Source: an uncultured bacterium
Lineage (GTDB): Bacteria; Chloroflexota; UBA5177; JANWHV01
DNA: 64,000 bases
Reading direction: 5' to 3'
Assembly: GCA_963827235.1 (NCBI GenBank)
Contig: CAWHAE010000012.1
Span: 928,001 to 992,000, forward strand
The position numbers and the translations under genes are program-made. The notes below the pieces were generated by a model, which had not been told where the DNA came from, searched no databases, and saw only the letters and a program-made list of their open reading frames with translations. This document shows positions 9,874 through 19,979 of the stretch, piece after piece (positions within the stretch are counted from its first letter, which is position 1; the number at the start of each line of letters is the position of its first letter).

Positions 9874-10899
9874 CTAGGCCTTCATTCTCACGTCAAGCGC
9901 GTCGCTGAGACCGTCGCCGACGAAGTTCACGGCGACGACAGTGAGCACCAGAAACACGCCCGGGAAAATGGTAACCCACGGCGCCCCGGCAATACCCATG
10001 GGATCGTTCTCTGCAAATGAGAGTACCGAGCCCCAACTGGTGTCGGGATACTGCAAGCCAACCCCTAAATAATCGATCGCCGCCTCGGTGATGATGTTGC
10101 TGGCCACCGCCAGCGTAGCTGCCACGAGAATGGGACGGAGCGCGTTCGGCAGCATGTGCCTGAACATGATTCGGAGATCGGAGACGCCGACCGCGCGCGC
10201 CGCCTCGGTGTACTCGGCGGTACGCAGGGTCAGGAACGAGGCACGGAGCAACCGGGCGATGAACGCCCACTCGAAGAAGGCGAGAATGCCGATCACCAAC
10301 AGCACTGAGGTGTGGCCATGCCCGATGACCGACGCCGCCACCAAGAGCACGGGCAGGAAGGGCAGGGCGAGGAAGATGTCGACCAGTCGCATCAGCAGAC
10401 TGTCCACCCAGCTTCCGAAATAACCGGCGATCGCACCCACAACGACGCCGATCAGCGCGGCGATGATGGCGGCAGTGAAACCGATCAGCAGCGAGTAACG
10501 CGCACCCCACATGATCTGGGCGGAGATACTGTGTCCGTTGAAGTCGGTGCCCATAGCGTAGCGCAGGCCTTGAGACAGCGTGGGCGCTGCATCGTTGAGG
10601 GTGAGATCGGCAGAGTTCGGGTCGTAGATGTTCTCCGGCGCAAACCATGGTGCCGTGATCGCCATCAGCGTCATGAACACGAGGATGCCCGTGCCGACCA
10701 TCGCCAGGCGGTGCTTGCGAAAGCGCATCCAAGCCAACTGCAGCTGGGTAAGCTGCTTGGTCTCGATGCGCTCGAGCCGCGACTGCTCGAGCTGGGCGGC
10801 GCTAGGCGTGGGTACCGGCGCACCCAGCACTTCAGGCGCCTCCGTCTCGCGTACAGTCATCGTCTCTCTCCCCGGGGTTGAGCCGTTTAGTCTCGCCAT
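9874..10899 (-). CDS. oppC: Oligopeptide ABC permease OppC
   Basis: WMRFRKHRLA, MGTDFNG, EYTEAARAVGVSDLRIMFRHMLPN EAA motif. Confidence 0.93.
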   Translation of the reverse strand: MARLNGSTPGRETMTVRETEAPEVLGAPVPTPSAAQLEQSRLERIETKQLTQLQLAWMRFRKHRLAMVGTGILVFMTLMAITAPWFAPENIYDPNSADLTLNDAAPTLSQGLRYAMGTDFNGHSISAQIMWGARYSLLIGFTAAIIAALIGVVVGAIAGYFGSWVDSLLMRLVDIFLALPFLPVLLVAASVIGHGHTSVLLVIGILAFFEWAFIARLLRASFLTLRTAEYTEAARAVGVSDLRIMFRHMLPNALRPILVAATLAVASNIITEAAIDYLGVGLQYPDTSWGSVLSFAENDPMGIAGAPWVTIFPGVFLVLTVVAVNFVGDGLSDALDVRMKA

Positions 10900-10903
10900 G
10901 GCA

Positions 10904-11917
10904 TTAATCGTATCGGATACGCGGATCGACCCACGCGTAGGTGAGGTCGCCGAGCAGATTCCCCACCAACACGCCAAGGGCTGTGATCATCAAGAGCGCT
11001 TGAAGGAGCGGGTAGTCTGACGAGCCGAGGGCCTCGTAGAATAGCCTCCCCATGCCGGGCCAGGCGAATATCGTCTCCGTGATGATCGCGCCGCCGACAA
11101 GGCCCGGCAGGTTGATGGCGATATTGGTGATCACCGGCAGCAAGGCATTGCGCAGCGCGTGTTTGAGGACGACGGTGCGCCGCTTCAACCCCTTGGCGCG
11201 TGCCGTGCGGATGTAGTCCTGGTTGATCACCTCGAGCATGCTGGCGCGCATGAACCTGCTGTCGTTGGCGACCTGGATGATAGCGAGCACGGCCGCGGGC
11301 AGGGCCAGGTGGCGCAAGAGATCGAGGCTCGCGTGCTCGGGGTGACCGAAGAAGTACGACCAGTAGCCCGGGCCGTTGAAGGTGGGAATGTTCGCCGTGT
11401 CGCCCACGATGCCACCGGCGGGTAGCCAGCCGGCCCAGACGGCGAAGACGAGGATCAGGATGCCGGAGAGCCAGAAGGTCGGCATAGACAGACCGATGTA
11501 GCTCAGGACCGTGAAAAGCGTGTCGAAGAACGAATAACGACGGAGGGCGGCAAAGATGCCCAGCGGCAGCGCAATACACTCGGCGATCAGATAGGCAAGT
11601 CCGCCCAGGACCAGCGTGGCGGGCAGTCGCTCGACTATCTCCTGCGAGACCGAGCGGCCCTGGCCGATGCTCAGTCCGAAATCCCCGTGGGCCACGTTGC
11701 CCGCCCACGTGAGGTACTGCACCGGCAGCGGCTTATCGAGGCCGAGATGCACGATGCAGCCGTGGTAGCGTTCCTGCTGGGCAACGGTCGCGCCGACCGT
11801 CTGCAACGAGTTGCAAGGTCCGCCGGGCGCGATATGCAGCAGCACAAAGAAGAAGATCGATAACCCGAACAATATCAAGAGGGTCTGGAGAAGGCGTCTG
11901 GCGACGAACGTACCCAT
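10904..11917 (-). CDS. oppB: Oligopeptide ABC permease OppB
   Basis: GLDKPLPVQY, GDFGLS, ERLPATL, DYIRTARAKGL...KHALRNA. Confidence 0.95.
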   Translation of the reverse strand: MGTFVARRLLQTLLILFGLSIFFFVLLHIAPGGPCNSLQTVGATVAQQERYHGCIVHLGLDKPLPVQYLTWAGNVAHGDFGLSIGQGRSVSQEIVERLPATLVLGGLAYLIAECIALPLGIFAALRRYSFFDTLFTVLSYIGLSMPTFWLSGILILVFAVWAGWLPAGGIVGDTANIPTFNGPGYWSYFFGHPEHASLDLLRHLALPAAVLAIIQVANDSRFMRASMLEVINQDYIRTARAKGLKRRTVVLKHALRNALLPVITNIAINLPGLVGGAIITETIFAWPGMGRLFYEALGSSDYPLLQALLMITALGVLVGNLLGDLTYAWVDPRIRYD

Positions 11918-12097
11918 CGATTCCCGTTTCCTAAGTCCAGCTCAGTGCCGTCCGTGAGCTACGCGGCCAGCCGCCGTTTCCTGCAGCATTCTCGGCACGT
12001 CCACCGCGCGATTTGCCGCCGTTCAGCATACCGGTCGAGCACGAGGGTGTACCCGGTTTTACAAAAAGCATACATACCATTATGACAAAATGCTTGA

Positions 12098-12127
12098 CGG
12101 CAAGGGGGCGGGTCCGCCCCCTTGCCG
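12098..12127 (-). terminator. Stem-loop after oppA (terminator or mRNA-stabilising hairpin)
   Basis: Perfect 13-bp stem CGGCAAGGGGGCG/CGCCCCCTTGCCG with a 4-nt loop, 18 nt after the oppA stop; no clean U-tract. Confidence 0.7.
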
Positions 12128-12145
12128 CGAAGAAAGGCCGGTTGA

Positions 12146-13999
12146 CTAGGATACCAGGGCCTTTTGGCTGCCCGTGGGATCGTACCACCACTGGTAGGCG
12201 TTCCACTCGTTGCCGGCCTGCGTCGAATTCGGCTTGAAGTTGCCGATCGTGCCCTTGTAGGCAATGATGTTGGGCCGGTTGAAGAGCGAGATGTTGTAGC
12301 CCTGCGTGATCATGTAGTTCTGGTAGTTGGCGTAGTCCGCCTTCCGCTTGGCGTCGTCCAGGGTGGTTCGCGCGTCCATGAAGAACTGCACGAGCTTGGG
12401 ATCCTGTACCTGGATGTAGTTGACCCCGCCCGGAGTCGAGGCGTTGGCGATCTGGGTGGGCAGGAAGTTCTGCACGGCTTGGTCGGGGTCGGGGCTGGTG
12501 CTGAAGGCAAACTCCGCGATGTCGAACGTGTGCCGCGAGAGGATGCCGCCGTCCTGGTAGCTATCGAACAGACCGTTGCCGTTGCTGCCGTAGGAAGGCA
12601 CGTACCGGATCTTGATCGAGATGCCGGCCTGGCCCCAGACGCGCTGCAGGAGCTGGGCGCTGCGAATGCGCGTGGCATTGTTCGTCGTGGTCAGCGTCAG
12701 CTCGAGATGCCTGCCGCCGCCGCTCAGAGACGTAGCGTAGCCGGCGGACGCCAGCAGAGACGCCGCCTTCGCCGAGTCGTACGGGTTGGCCGGTAGCTGG
12801 CTGTTGATCGACCAGGGCGAGACGGCCGGAAGCGGAGAGGTCAGCGCGATGTCCTTCCAGTTCACCGCCGGGAACAAGGCGCTGAGATAGGCCTGCTTGT
12901 TGAGCGAGTAGTAGATGGCCTGGCGCACGCGCACGTCTCGCAAAGCCGGGTTGCCCGGCGCCGCCTCGTTGAGCTCGAGATGCTCGTACTCGAGGGCCGG
13001 CGTGAGCGAGATGTGATACTTGGACTTGTCAAGGCTGGCCACGTCGATGAGCTGGAAGTCCTCGGCCTTGTCGAGTGAGCTGTAGGTGTCGCTGGCCTGC
13101 AGGGCCTGGGTGAGGGCGGTCTCGCTCGAGGAGACGGCGACGAATTGCAGCTTCGCCAGCCGCGGATGGCTCGGGTCGGCAGGCAGAATGTTGTAGTAAG
13201 GGTTGGGCACCAGCGTGATGCGCTGGTCCTGGGTCCACTCACTCAGCATATAGGCGCCGTTGAACACGTCCTTGGGCGAGATGTAGCTGTCGTTCAGCCA
13301 GCTATTGATCAGCTTCTGGAACGACGAGCCCTTGTAGGCGCTGGAGGCGAAGTAGGCCTTGACAGCGTCGTACGTATAGTTGTTCAGCAGACTGGTGGGG
13401 AACTCGCCGCCGTACTTGGACTGGAAGTAATGCACGGGCACAGGCGTGGTATTGTTGGGCAGGCCCGGCTGAGCGTATGAGATGGCCGGGGCGTAGATCC
13501 CGTAGAAGGTCAGCACCATGTCGTCGCCCGAGAAGGTAATCGACTTGATACGACTGTACGGGTCGATCTGATTCACTTCCGGAGCCAGGTCCAGCAGCAG
13601 CGGAGCGATCAAGTCCTGGTGCGTGATCGCCTGGCCGTCGGACCACTTCAGGTTCGGCTTGAGCACGTAGGTGACGACTTCGTTGCCGCCCACGACCTTG
13701 ATTCCGCCATTGGCCGTGGTCGGCACCTGGGTCACCATGTCGGCGTAGAAGTTGCCTTTTGCGTCGAGGCCGACGTACCCGTCGGAGATTGCGCCAATCA
13801 GCTCGGCGTCGGCCACCGATGCCGCCTGATTGCCGCCCAGGTTAGTCTGAGCCGGGAATTGCCAGTCCGTGACTGCAATCGTGCCGGAGTAGCTGGCCCT
13901 GGCCGCCGCGGCGTGAGCCGAGCTGATCGGCAGCGTGGTGGCGACAGTTCCGAGCAGGACGAGCGCCGTCGCCGAAACTGCCAGTTTTCTGTGTAGCAT
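12146..13999 (-). CDS. oppA: Peptide ABC substrate-binding protein (SBP family 5)
   Basis: Signal peptide ending AHA; LKPNLKWSDGQAIT, NGAYMLSEW, LRDVRVRQAI motifs; first gene of the opp operon. Confidence 0.9.
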   Translation of the reverse strand: MLHRKLAVSATALVLLGTVATTLPISSAHAAAARASYSGTIAVTDWQFPAQTNLGGNQAASVADAELIGAISDGYVGLDAKGNFYADMVTQVPTTANGGIKVVGGNEVVTYVLKPNLKWSDGQAITHQDLIAPLLLDLAPEVNQIDPYSRIKSITFSGDDMVLTFYGIYAPAISYAQPGLPNNTTPVPVHYFQSKYGGEFPTSLLNNYTYDAVKAYFASSAYKGSSFQKLINSWLNDSYISPKDVFNGAYMLSEWTQDQRITLVPNPYYNILPADPSHPRLAKLQFVAVSSSETALTQALQASDTYSSLDKAEDFQLIDVASLDKSKYHISLTPALEYEHLELNEAAPGNPALRDVRVRQAIYYSLNKQAYLSALFPAVNWKDIALTSPLPAVSPWSINSQLPANPYDSAKAASLLASAGYATSLSGGGRHLELTLTTTNNATRIRSAQLLQRVWGQAGISIKIRYVPSYGSNGNGLFDSYQDGGILSRHTFDIAEFAFSTSPDPDQAVQNFLPTQIANASTPGGVNYIQVQDPKLVQFFMDARTTLDDAKRKADYANYQNYMITQGYNISLFNRPNIIAYKGTIGNFKPNSTQAGNEWNAYQWWYDPTGSQKALVS

Positions 14000-14085
14000 C
14001 GAGTCTCCCTCTTCCGTATGTGAAAGCCATGTACGTCTACCCGGGCGCTCGAGATGTGAACGTCCCAGAAGCGCCCGAGCCCTAG

Positions 14086-14709
14086 TTACAGGGGCAGCGG
14101 TCCATTGCTCCCCACGTATTGTCCCCGCCCGGCATCACCCCCTTTCGATAGATCCGTTCCCCGGCTCAACGCCTCGTCGACCAGTCTCGGCGGCAGCAGC
14201 ACGGCACCCACCTGGCTCAACGGCACCGCCGAATCGAGATCATATGCCACCTCCGAGACGAGCGTTGCAGGCACGACATGGCCACGAATACGCGCATATC
14301 TGGCCGGATGCTGGGGCGAGCACGATGTGCAGTGCGCCGGTACGTGCGTTGCAACGCCGGCCGGGCCATGCCGATCCAGGCTCGCGCTCGGCAGGCCGCC
14401 ATGGGTCAGGGCCACCAGAGCCACTGCCAGCGCGGCTGCGCCAACGCTGAGCCGGCCTATCACGGTAGCCAGCCGCGGAATACCGCGAGATCTGCGATAG
14501 GCCTGTGCGACCCGCGCGCTCAGGTCGGGTGGCACCCAGCGATCGTCCAATGCCGACTGAATGAGGTGCCGAGTACTCCGGTAATCCGCCAGCACGGACT
14601 GGCATCTGCCGCAGGTCGCCAGGTGCAGCTCAAGGAATTCGCTCTGCGCCGGTACAGTCTCTCCGTCAGCGTAGGCGGAGAGAAGCTCATCGAATTGCGT
14701 GCAGCCCAC
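14086..14709 (-). CDS. Zinc-finger (zf-HC2) membrane anti-sigma factor
   Basis: CTQFDELLSAYADGE...HLATCGRC (HxxxCxxC) followed by one TM; overlaps the ECF sigma stop. Confidence 0.85.
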   Translation of the reverse strand: MGCTQFDELLSAYADGETVPAQSEFLELHLATCGRCQSVLADYRSTRHLIQSALDDRWVPPDLSARVAQAYRRSRGIPRLATVIGRLSVGAAALAVALVALTHGGLPSASLDRHGPAGVATHVPAHCTSCSPQHPARYARIRGHVVPATLVSEVAYDLDSAVPLSQVGAVLLPPRLVDEALSRGTDLSKGGDAGRGQYVGSNGPLPL

Positions 14710-15262
14710 CGAGCTTGGCCTCCGTTCGAGCCGATTCGTAGTGAGCTCGAAACTGTTCTTTCGCCCTGGCAATACGCTTCCGGGCACCCTCGGGCGTGGT
14801 GCCCACGATCTCCGCCACTTCGGCGTAGCTGAAACCTTCCTTGACGTGCAGGAGAAGGCAAGCCGCCCGGTCGCGCGGCAACCGGAATAGTGCCTGCTGC
14901 ACGAGCTCACGCTCCATGACCTGGTCGTCCGGCGCCAGAGACGCGGCGCAGATACTGTTCTCGTAATCGGACAGGCGGTGCAGGTGCAGACGCCCATTCC
15001 TCTTGCGCGCCCGAACGGCGAGGTGCGTGGCGATCCTGTACAGCCACGCACTGAGGGCAAGCTCCGACCGGAGAGAATGGATGCCTCGCAGGGCATTCAC
15101 GAACGTGTCCTGCGTGAGGTCGAGGGCCAACTCCGGGTCGTCGACCAGGCGGTTGATGTAGCGGACTATGCGTCCCTGGTATTCGCGAACTATGGCGTCA
15201 AACGGCTCGCACCGCGCCTCCGCTACCGCCCAGCCTGTGTCGGTGACCTCCGAGTTGACCAT
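14687..15262 (-). CDS. ECF RNA polymerase sigma factor
   Basis: Region 2 ALDLTQDTFV...AWLYRIA; region 4 EGFSYAEVAEIVG...RIARAK. Confidence 0.92.
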   Translation of the reverse strand: MVNSEVTDTGWAVAEARCEPFDAIVREYQGRIVRYINRLVDDPELALDLTQDTFVNALRGIHSLRSELALSAWLYRIATHLAVRARKRNGRLHLHRLSDYENSICAASLAPDDQVMERELVQQALFRLPRDRAACLLLHVKEGFSYAEVAEIVGTTPEGARKRIARAKEQFRAHYESARTEAKLGGLHAIR

Positions 15263-15414
15263 CTCCCACCTCGTGAACCTGAAGCCCCCGTATAGAAATA
15301 AGAGTCACTTGCCTGCCCGATCCGGACACCGCGTAGTAAACTTGACCCGGACCATTCGGCAGCAGACCGATCCATGCGCCGGCGTCGCGGTTCATTCGAG
15401 CGCGAAGACTGGGA

Positions 15415-16446
15415 TCAGCGCGATCTTTTCTGCGTCGCGGCGTATCGGTATGGGCGTTGCAGGCGCTGGCCTGCAGGGGGTGTCCGCCGGAGTACGCGCG
15501 CCACTGCAAATGCCACCACAGCCAGCACGACCGCTATTACAAGAACAGCGCTTACCACCGACCGGATTGTCGACGACGTGCTGTTGTTGTCTGCCTGGTG
15601 CAGGATGTCGCGGCCGATGCCCAGGGCGAGCATACCGGGCCTCGCCAGGCCAGTGGACTTGATCTGCCGGGTGACGATAGCGGCAATCACGCTGCTATCC
15701 AGTCTGTTGCTGGCAGCGGCAGCCTGCCCGGGAGTGACGACCACCACAATGCCACGCTGCAGATCGAGACGGTTGAGCAGATCTTGCGCATAGTCGGCCA
15801 GTCGAGCGTATGGCGCCGGTGTAGCGTCCAGAAACACGATCTTGGCTATGGTATTCGACTGGTTCGTCGCGTCGTCGGCGAACTGCACGATCTGGCCCTG
15901 ATCGGCCAGGCTCACCGACGAGACGAAGCCCGGTGCCACGTAGTATGCCTGCTCAGGATCCTGAAAGACGGAAAACGCCGATCGCGCTTCCTGCTGCGCT
16001 TGCTGCGCAGGGGACGTCTGGACGGTACCGGCCGTCATCGTCGCGTTCTTCATCCCCGAAGGCGGGCCCACGTCGTAGCCGCCTGCCTGCTCGATCGCTT
16101 CCAAGTTCTTCACCGCCGCCGGGTGTGTCGCGCTGAACGCCGAATCCGAAAGCGCCTTTGCCACTGCCCATTCGGCAAAACCCAACTGCTTGGTCTGCTT
16201 GAACGCCAGGCCCAGCTCGTAGTAGGTGCCGGGGTCGTTATGCCCGCGCAAGATGGCCTGCTCGTAGTCGGCCACCGCGTCGCGGTAGTCGCCGTGCCTT
16301 TCCGCCGCTTGCGCCTGGGTGTAATAGGCAGCGCCGATCGCCGCGGCCCGCACGGAGCCCGCCGGCACCCCGGCAGCAAACAACCCGACGACGAGCAGCA
16401 CCGCCCAGACTGCCCACATCCCGGCGGGCGTGCAGCTGCCTCTCAC
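15415..16446 (-). CDS. Exported TPR + TPM-like domain protein with C-terminal TM anchor
   Basis: Signal peptide, TPR-like AVADYEQAI...YYELGLAF, TPM-like alpha/beta region, C-terminal hydrophobic helix and basic tail; start uncertain. Confidence 0.65.
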   Translation of the reverse strand: MRGSCTPAGMWAVWAVLLVVGLFAAGVPAGSVRAAAIGAAYYTQAQAAERHGDYRDAVADYEQAILRGHNDPGTYYELGLAFKQTKQLGFAEWAVAKALSDSAFSATHPAAVKNLEAIEQAGGYDVGPPSGMKNATMTAGTVQTSPAQQAQQEARSAFSVFQDPEQAYYVAPGFVSSVSLADQGQIVQFADDATNQSNTIAKIVFLDATPAPYARLADYAQDLLNRLDLQRGIVVVVTPGQAAAASNRLDSSVIAAIVTRQIKSTGLARPGMLALGIGRDILHQADNNSTSSTIRSVVSAVLVIAVVLAVVAFAVARVLRRTPPAGQRLQRPYRYAATQKRSR

Positions 16447-16860
16447 CTCAGCTACCCCCCAATGGTTACCACACTGCCACATGCAAGAAGCATATGAGCA
16501 ACTGCATGAATCGTCGGTGACCGGACTGCCCCCCAGTGATTACACGCAGTGTAGCAGGTACCGCGAACTCGCTGCCCCGCACGTCGATGCCGTTCGTGCT
16601 CGGAGCCGACGGCCACCGGCCGATCTCGTATCGCAGGCGTCGCGACCTGTACCTCCAGGCTTTCAGGTCAGACGGGCGGCCTGTTCGGTGCATGGTGTGG
16701 CAGGCGCTCCAGTTCCGCGGCGACCCCCGAGCCGAGAAACCGCCGCGAACCACTGGTCGGGCACAACCGGATCGCGAGCGCCCGTAATGCATCTCACGTG
16801 TTGTCGCCGGTCATACCGGGCTGTCTATCACACTGCCGGACAACGACTCCAGTGCCGGCT

Positions 16861-17655
16861 CTACGCGCCGCGATTCCGGCGCCGTCCCGCGGCCGGCGCC
16901 GGTACGTCCGCCATGGTGGGCGCGACCGCCAGCGCGCTGTGTTCCGGCACGCCGGCCCGCCTCGGCAATCCTCCCGGAGTCTCGGCCATCTTCTGGTAGC
17001 GAACGAGGCAACGGCCGATGCTGCCTTCAAGGACGACCGGCGTCACCACGGGCGGTGATGCATGCAGAATCTGCCGCGCGGCTTCGGCCTCCGCGATCTC
17101 GTCGCTCAGCGTGCTTGCTCCCTTGTAGAGGATTACCTCGCCCATGCGGCGTACAAACGGGATCGTGAGCTCGAGCAGGACGTTGGTGCGCGCCACTGCT
17201 CGGGCCACGCAGAGATCGTACGCCGCTCGGTGACCTACCTCGTGCGCCACGTCCTCGGCCCGCCCTTGCACGACACGGAGGTTGTCCAGGCCGAGCTGAT
17301 CTCTGGCCAGATCGAGAAAGCGAACCTTCTTGGCCGTCGCTTCCAGGACCGTCAGGTCCCAGTGAGGGAAGGCGATGGCCAGCGGGATACCTGGAATGCC
17401 GGCACCCGATCCCACGTCCAGGCAGGTGCGCGCTGCGTCGACCCGGTTGCCGGAAATCGCCGGCATGATGGTCAGCGCGTCAAGAAGGTGACGGGACCAG
17501 AGCTCCGACACGGCACCTGGTCCGATCAGATTGAAGCGCTGGTTCCAGCTCAGGAGAAGCTCGGCATAAGCCTCGAAGGTCGCCATCTGGCGTACATCGA
17601 GGCTCATACCAAGCGAGGCACTCCCTTGTCTGAGGAGTGAGCCGTCATCTGCCAT
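16861..17655 (-). CDS. rsmG: 16S rRNA m7G527 methyltransferase RsmG
   Basis: WNQRFNL, RHLLDAL, LDVGSGAGIPGIPLAI, KKVRFL, GRAED, ARAVA, LYKG, PRRAGVP. Confidence 0.93.
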   Translation of the reverse strand: MADDGSLLRQGSASLGMSLDVRQMATFEAYAELLLSWNQRFNLIGPGAVSELWSRHLLDALTIMPAISGNRVDAARTCLDVGSGAGIPGIPLAIAFPHWDLTVLEATAKKVRFLDLARDQLGLDNLRVVQGRAEDVAHEVGHRAAYDLCVARAVARTNVLLELTIPFVRRMGEVILYKGASTLSDEIAEAEAARQILHASPPVVTPVVLEGSIGRCLVRYQKMAETPGGLPRRAGVPEHSALAVAPTMADVPAPAAGRRRNRGA

Positions 17656-17854
17656 CGGTCGGCGTTCCCGTCATCTCTGGTCCGCTTCACGGTATATCCG
17701 GGTTGCGGTGTTCTCGTAGCGCTGATATGGTACACGCGGGGCACTGTCGTGGTCCCTGCCGCCACCCGCTATGAGCGGCGGGCAGAGCTTGGCGGGTGAT
17801 GCCGGTGAGCGGAGATTCGCCGGACCACGGCCACCGATACGTGCGAGAGTTGCG

Positions 17855-19975
17855 ATGGGGAAGTTTCTCGGATTCTGCTTCTTTGCCTGCGGCATGGCGG
17901 CGGTGTACTTCTGGGGCGTCAGGCCGCTGCTCGGACAGACAACGACCGCCACGCCGGCGGATACGGTGACAATCGTGGCACGCGCCACGACGACGCTGCC
18001 GGCACTGAGTACCGACGAGCAGGCTGCCGCGCGCGCCGCCGGGTCGTTCTTGACGGCATGGCAGGGCGGGCGCTACAGCGACATGTACGAGCAGCTGACG
18101 GCCGCGGCGAAGCAACGGATCAGCAGGGCCGCCTTCGCGGCGCGCTACCGAGCGGTTGCCGGCGAAGCGACCATCCGGTCGCTCAGCACGAGCGTGGGCG
18201 GCGTATCCATCGACGTCCCGCTGGCCACGGTCAATTTCGACGTACAGTTCGTCACCCAGGCCCTCGGCCCCGTACGCCAGGCCAACCAGATGCACCTAGT
18301 CTTCGGCGAGGACCGCTGGCAGGTGGATTGGTACCCGGCGCTCATCTTCAAGCAGCTCGTCGACCCCTACGTCGTTCATCTGGAGACCCTACCGTCGCGG
18401 CGGGGATCGATCGTGGATCGCCACGGCACACCGCTGGCCGAAGACGGCGACTTCATTCAGGTCGGCGTGGAGCCGGGCCTGATTCTCGATGAGAAGGGGT
18501 TGCTGGCATACCTCAGCTCCTGGCTGCACATGGACGAGTCCACCATCAAGCATCTGTACACGCTGTCATGGGCGCAGCCGGACTACTTCATGCCCATCAC
18601 CACGATCACCAGTTACCAGTACGAGCACGCGCCGGACGGCCTGGACAGCGCCAAAGCCAACGGGCTCAGATTCCAGCTCAGTCCCGGCCGCACATACCCA
18701 TACCACTCGCTGGCCTCCATCCTGATCGGCTATGTCGACCCTGCCACCGACCACGGCAAGGCTGGGCTCGAGCTCTCTCTGGACAAAGTCCTTGCCGGCA
18801 AAGATGGCGTCGGACTCTACGTCACCAACAGGGCCTACACCATGGTCGCGGCCACTATCGCCAAGCGACCGCCGGTAGACGGCAAGGATGTGTGGCTATC
18901 ACTCGACATAAAGGAGCAACAAGCGCTGGAGAACGCCCTGGGCACGCGAAATGGCGCGGCAGTGGCACTTCAGCCGTCGACCGGCCAGGTGCTTGCCCTG
19001 GTGAGCTCGCCCGGTTACGACCCGAACCGCTTTGAGATTCAGACGGTGGGAAGCGGCATCGGACCCGATCGCTCAATGTTTCCTCGGGCTACGATCGGCA
19101 CCTACCCGACCGGTTCGATCTTCAAGATCGTCACCATGGCGGCGGCGCTCGAGCGCGGAGGGTACCAGGCCGGCACCCTGATCGACGGCCCCGCGATATG
19201 GTACGGACTGGGAGCGTCGAACCCGCTCCACGACTGGTCGGCGGTGGGACACGGCACGATATCGCTGCAGGAAGCGCTCGTACAGTCCTGCGACACGTGT
19301 TTTTACGCCGTTGCCAAGCGCCTGGACGGCATCGACGAGAATATCCTGCCGCAGTTCGCTCGGGCCTTCGGCTTCGGCAAGCCGACAGGCATCGACAACG
19401 TCGCCGAGGCAAGTGGACTGGTGGGGGACAACGCCTGGAAACTGAAGACCTACAAAGACGCCTGGCGCACCGGGGACAGCATCAATCTGTCGATCGGGCA
19501 GGGCTACTTCCTGGCCACGCCCCTGCAAGTGGCCTCGATGCTTGCCTCCGTAGCCGACAAGGGTGTCGTGCACCAACCGCAGCTTGTCTTGCGTATCGGC
19601 ACCGCCAAGCAACCGGGCACCGTCACCGGACACCTGCCGGTCAGCCAGGAGCACCTCTTTACCATACTCAAAGGCATGCTGGGCGTGACCAGCGAGAGCA
19701 CCGGTACGGCGACCTTCGTCTTCAAGGGCTTCGACTGGCAGGTGGCAGGCAAGACGGGTACTGCCCAAAATCCCGGCACTCAACCGCACGCGTGGTTCGC
19801 CGCTATTGCGCCGTACAAGTCGCCCCAGATCGCGCTCGCAGTCGTGCTTGATAACGCCGGGGAAGGCTCGACCGTGGCGGCGCCCATCGCTCGCACTGCC
19901 CTGCAGGCCTACCTGAGCGAGGTGGTGCCGGTCGTTCTTAACGGCGCGCAGCCGCTGCAGGTGCCCGGGGGCTGA
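17855..19975 (+). CDS. Class B penicillin-binding protein (MecA_N-like + dimerisation + transpeptidase)
   Basis: RRGSIVDRHG, GRTYP, GKAGLE; SxxK GSIFK, SCD, KTGTAQ. Confidence 0.92.
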   Translation: MGKFLGFCFFACGMAAVYFWGVRPLLGQTTTATPADTVTIVARATTTLPALSTDEQAAARAAGSFLTAWQGGRYSDMYEQLTAAAKQRISRAAFAARYRAVAGEATIRSLSTSVGGVSIDVPLATVNFDVQFVTQALGPVRQANQMHLVFGEDRWQVDWYPALIFKQLVDPYVVHLETLPSRRGSIVDRHGTPLAEDGDFIQVGVEPGLILDEKGLLAYLSSWLHMDESTIKHLYTLSWAQPDYFMPITTITSYQYEHAPDGLDSAKANGLRFQLSPGRTYPYHSLASILIGYVDPATDHGKAGLELSLDKVLAGKDGVGLYVTNRAYTMVAATIAKRPPVDGKDVWLSLDIKEQQALENALGTRNGAAVALQPSTGQVLALVSSPGYDPNRFEIQTVGSGIGPDRSMFPRATIGTYPTGSIFKIVTMAAALERGGYQAGTLIDGPAIWYGLGASNPLHDWSAVGHGTISLQEALVQSCDTCFYAVAKRLDGIDENILPQFARAFGFGKPTGIDNVAEASGLVGDNAWKLKTYKDAWRTGDSINLSIGQGYFLATPLQVASMLASVADKGVVHQPQLVLRIGTAKQPGTVTGHLPVSQEHLFTILKGMLGVTSESTGTATFVFKGFDWQVAGKTGTAQNPGTQPHAWFAAIAPYKSPQIALAVVLDNAGEGSTVAAPIARTALQAYLSEVVPVVLNGAQPLQVPGG

Positions 19976-19979
19976 ACCT

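Noticed and set aside
23-9877. Long plus-strand ORFs (e.g. 23-1111, 3728-4831, 7541-8587, 9020-9877)
   Set aside because: Antisense shadows of well-supported minus-strand genes in GC-rich DNA
16490-16860. Possible small gene or ncRNA between the TPR gene and rsmG
   Set aside because: No RBS-supported ORF or recognisable RNA motif
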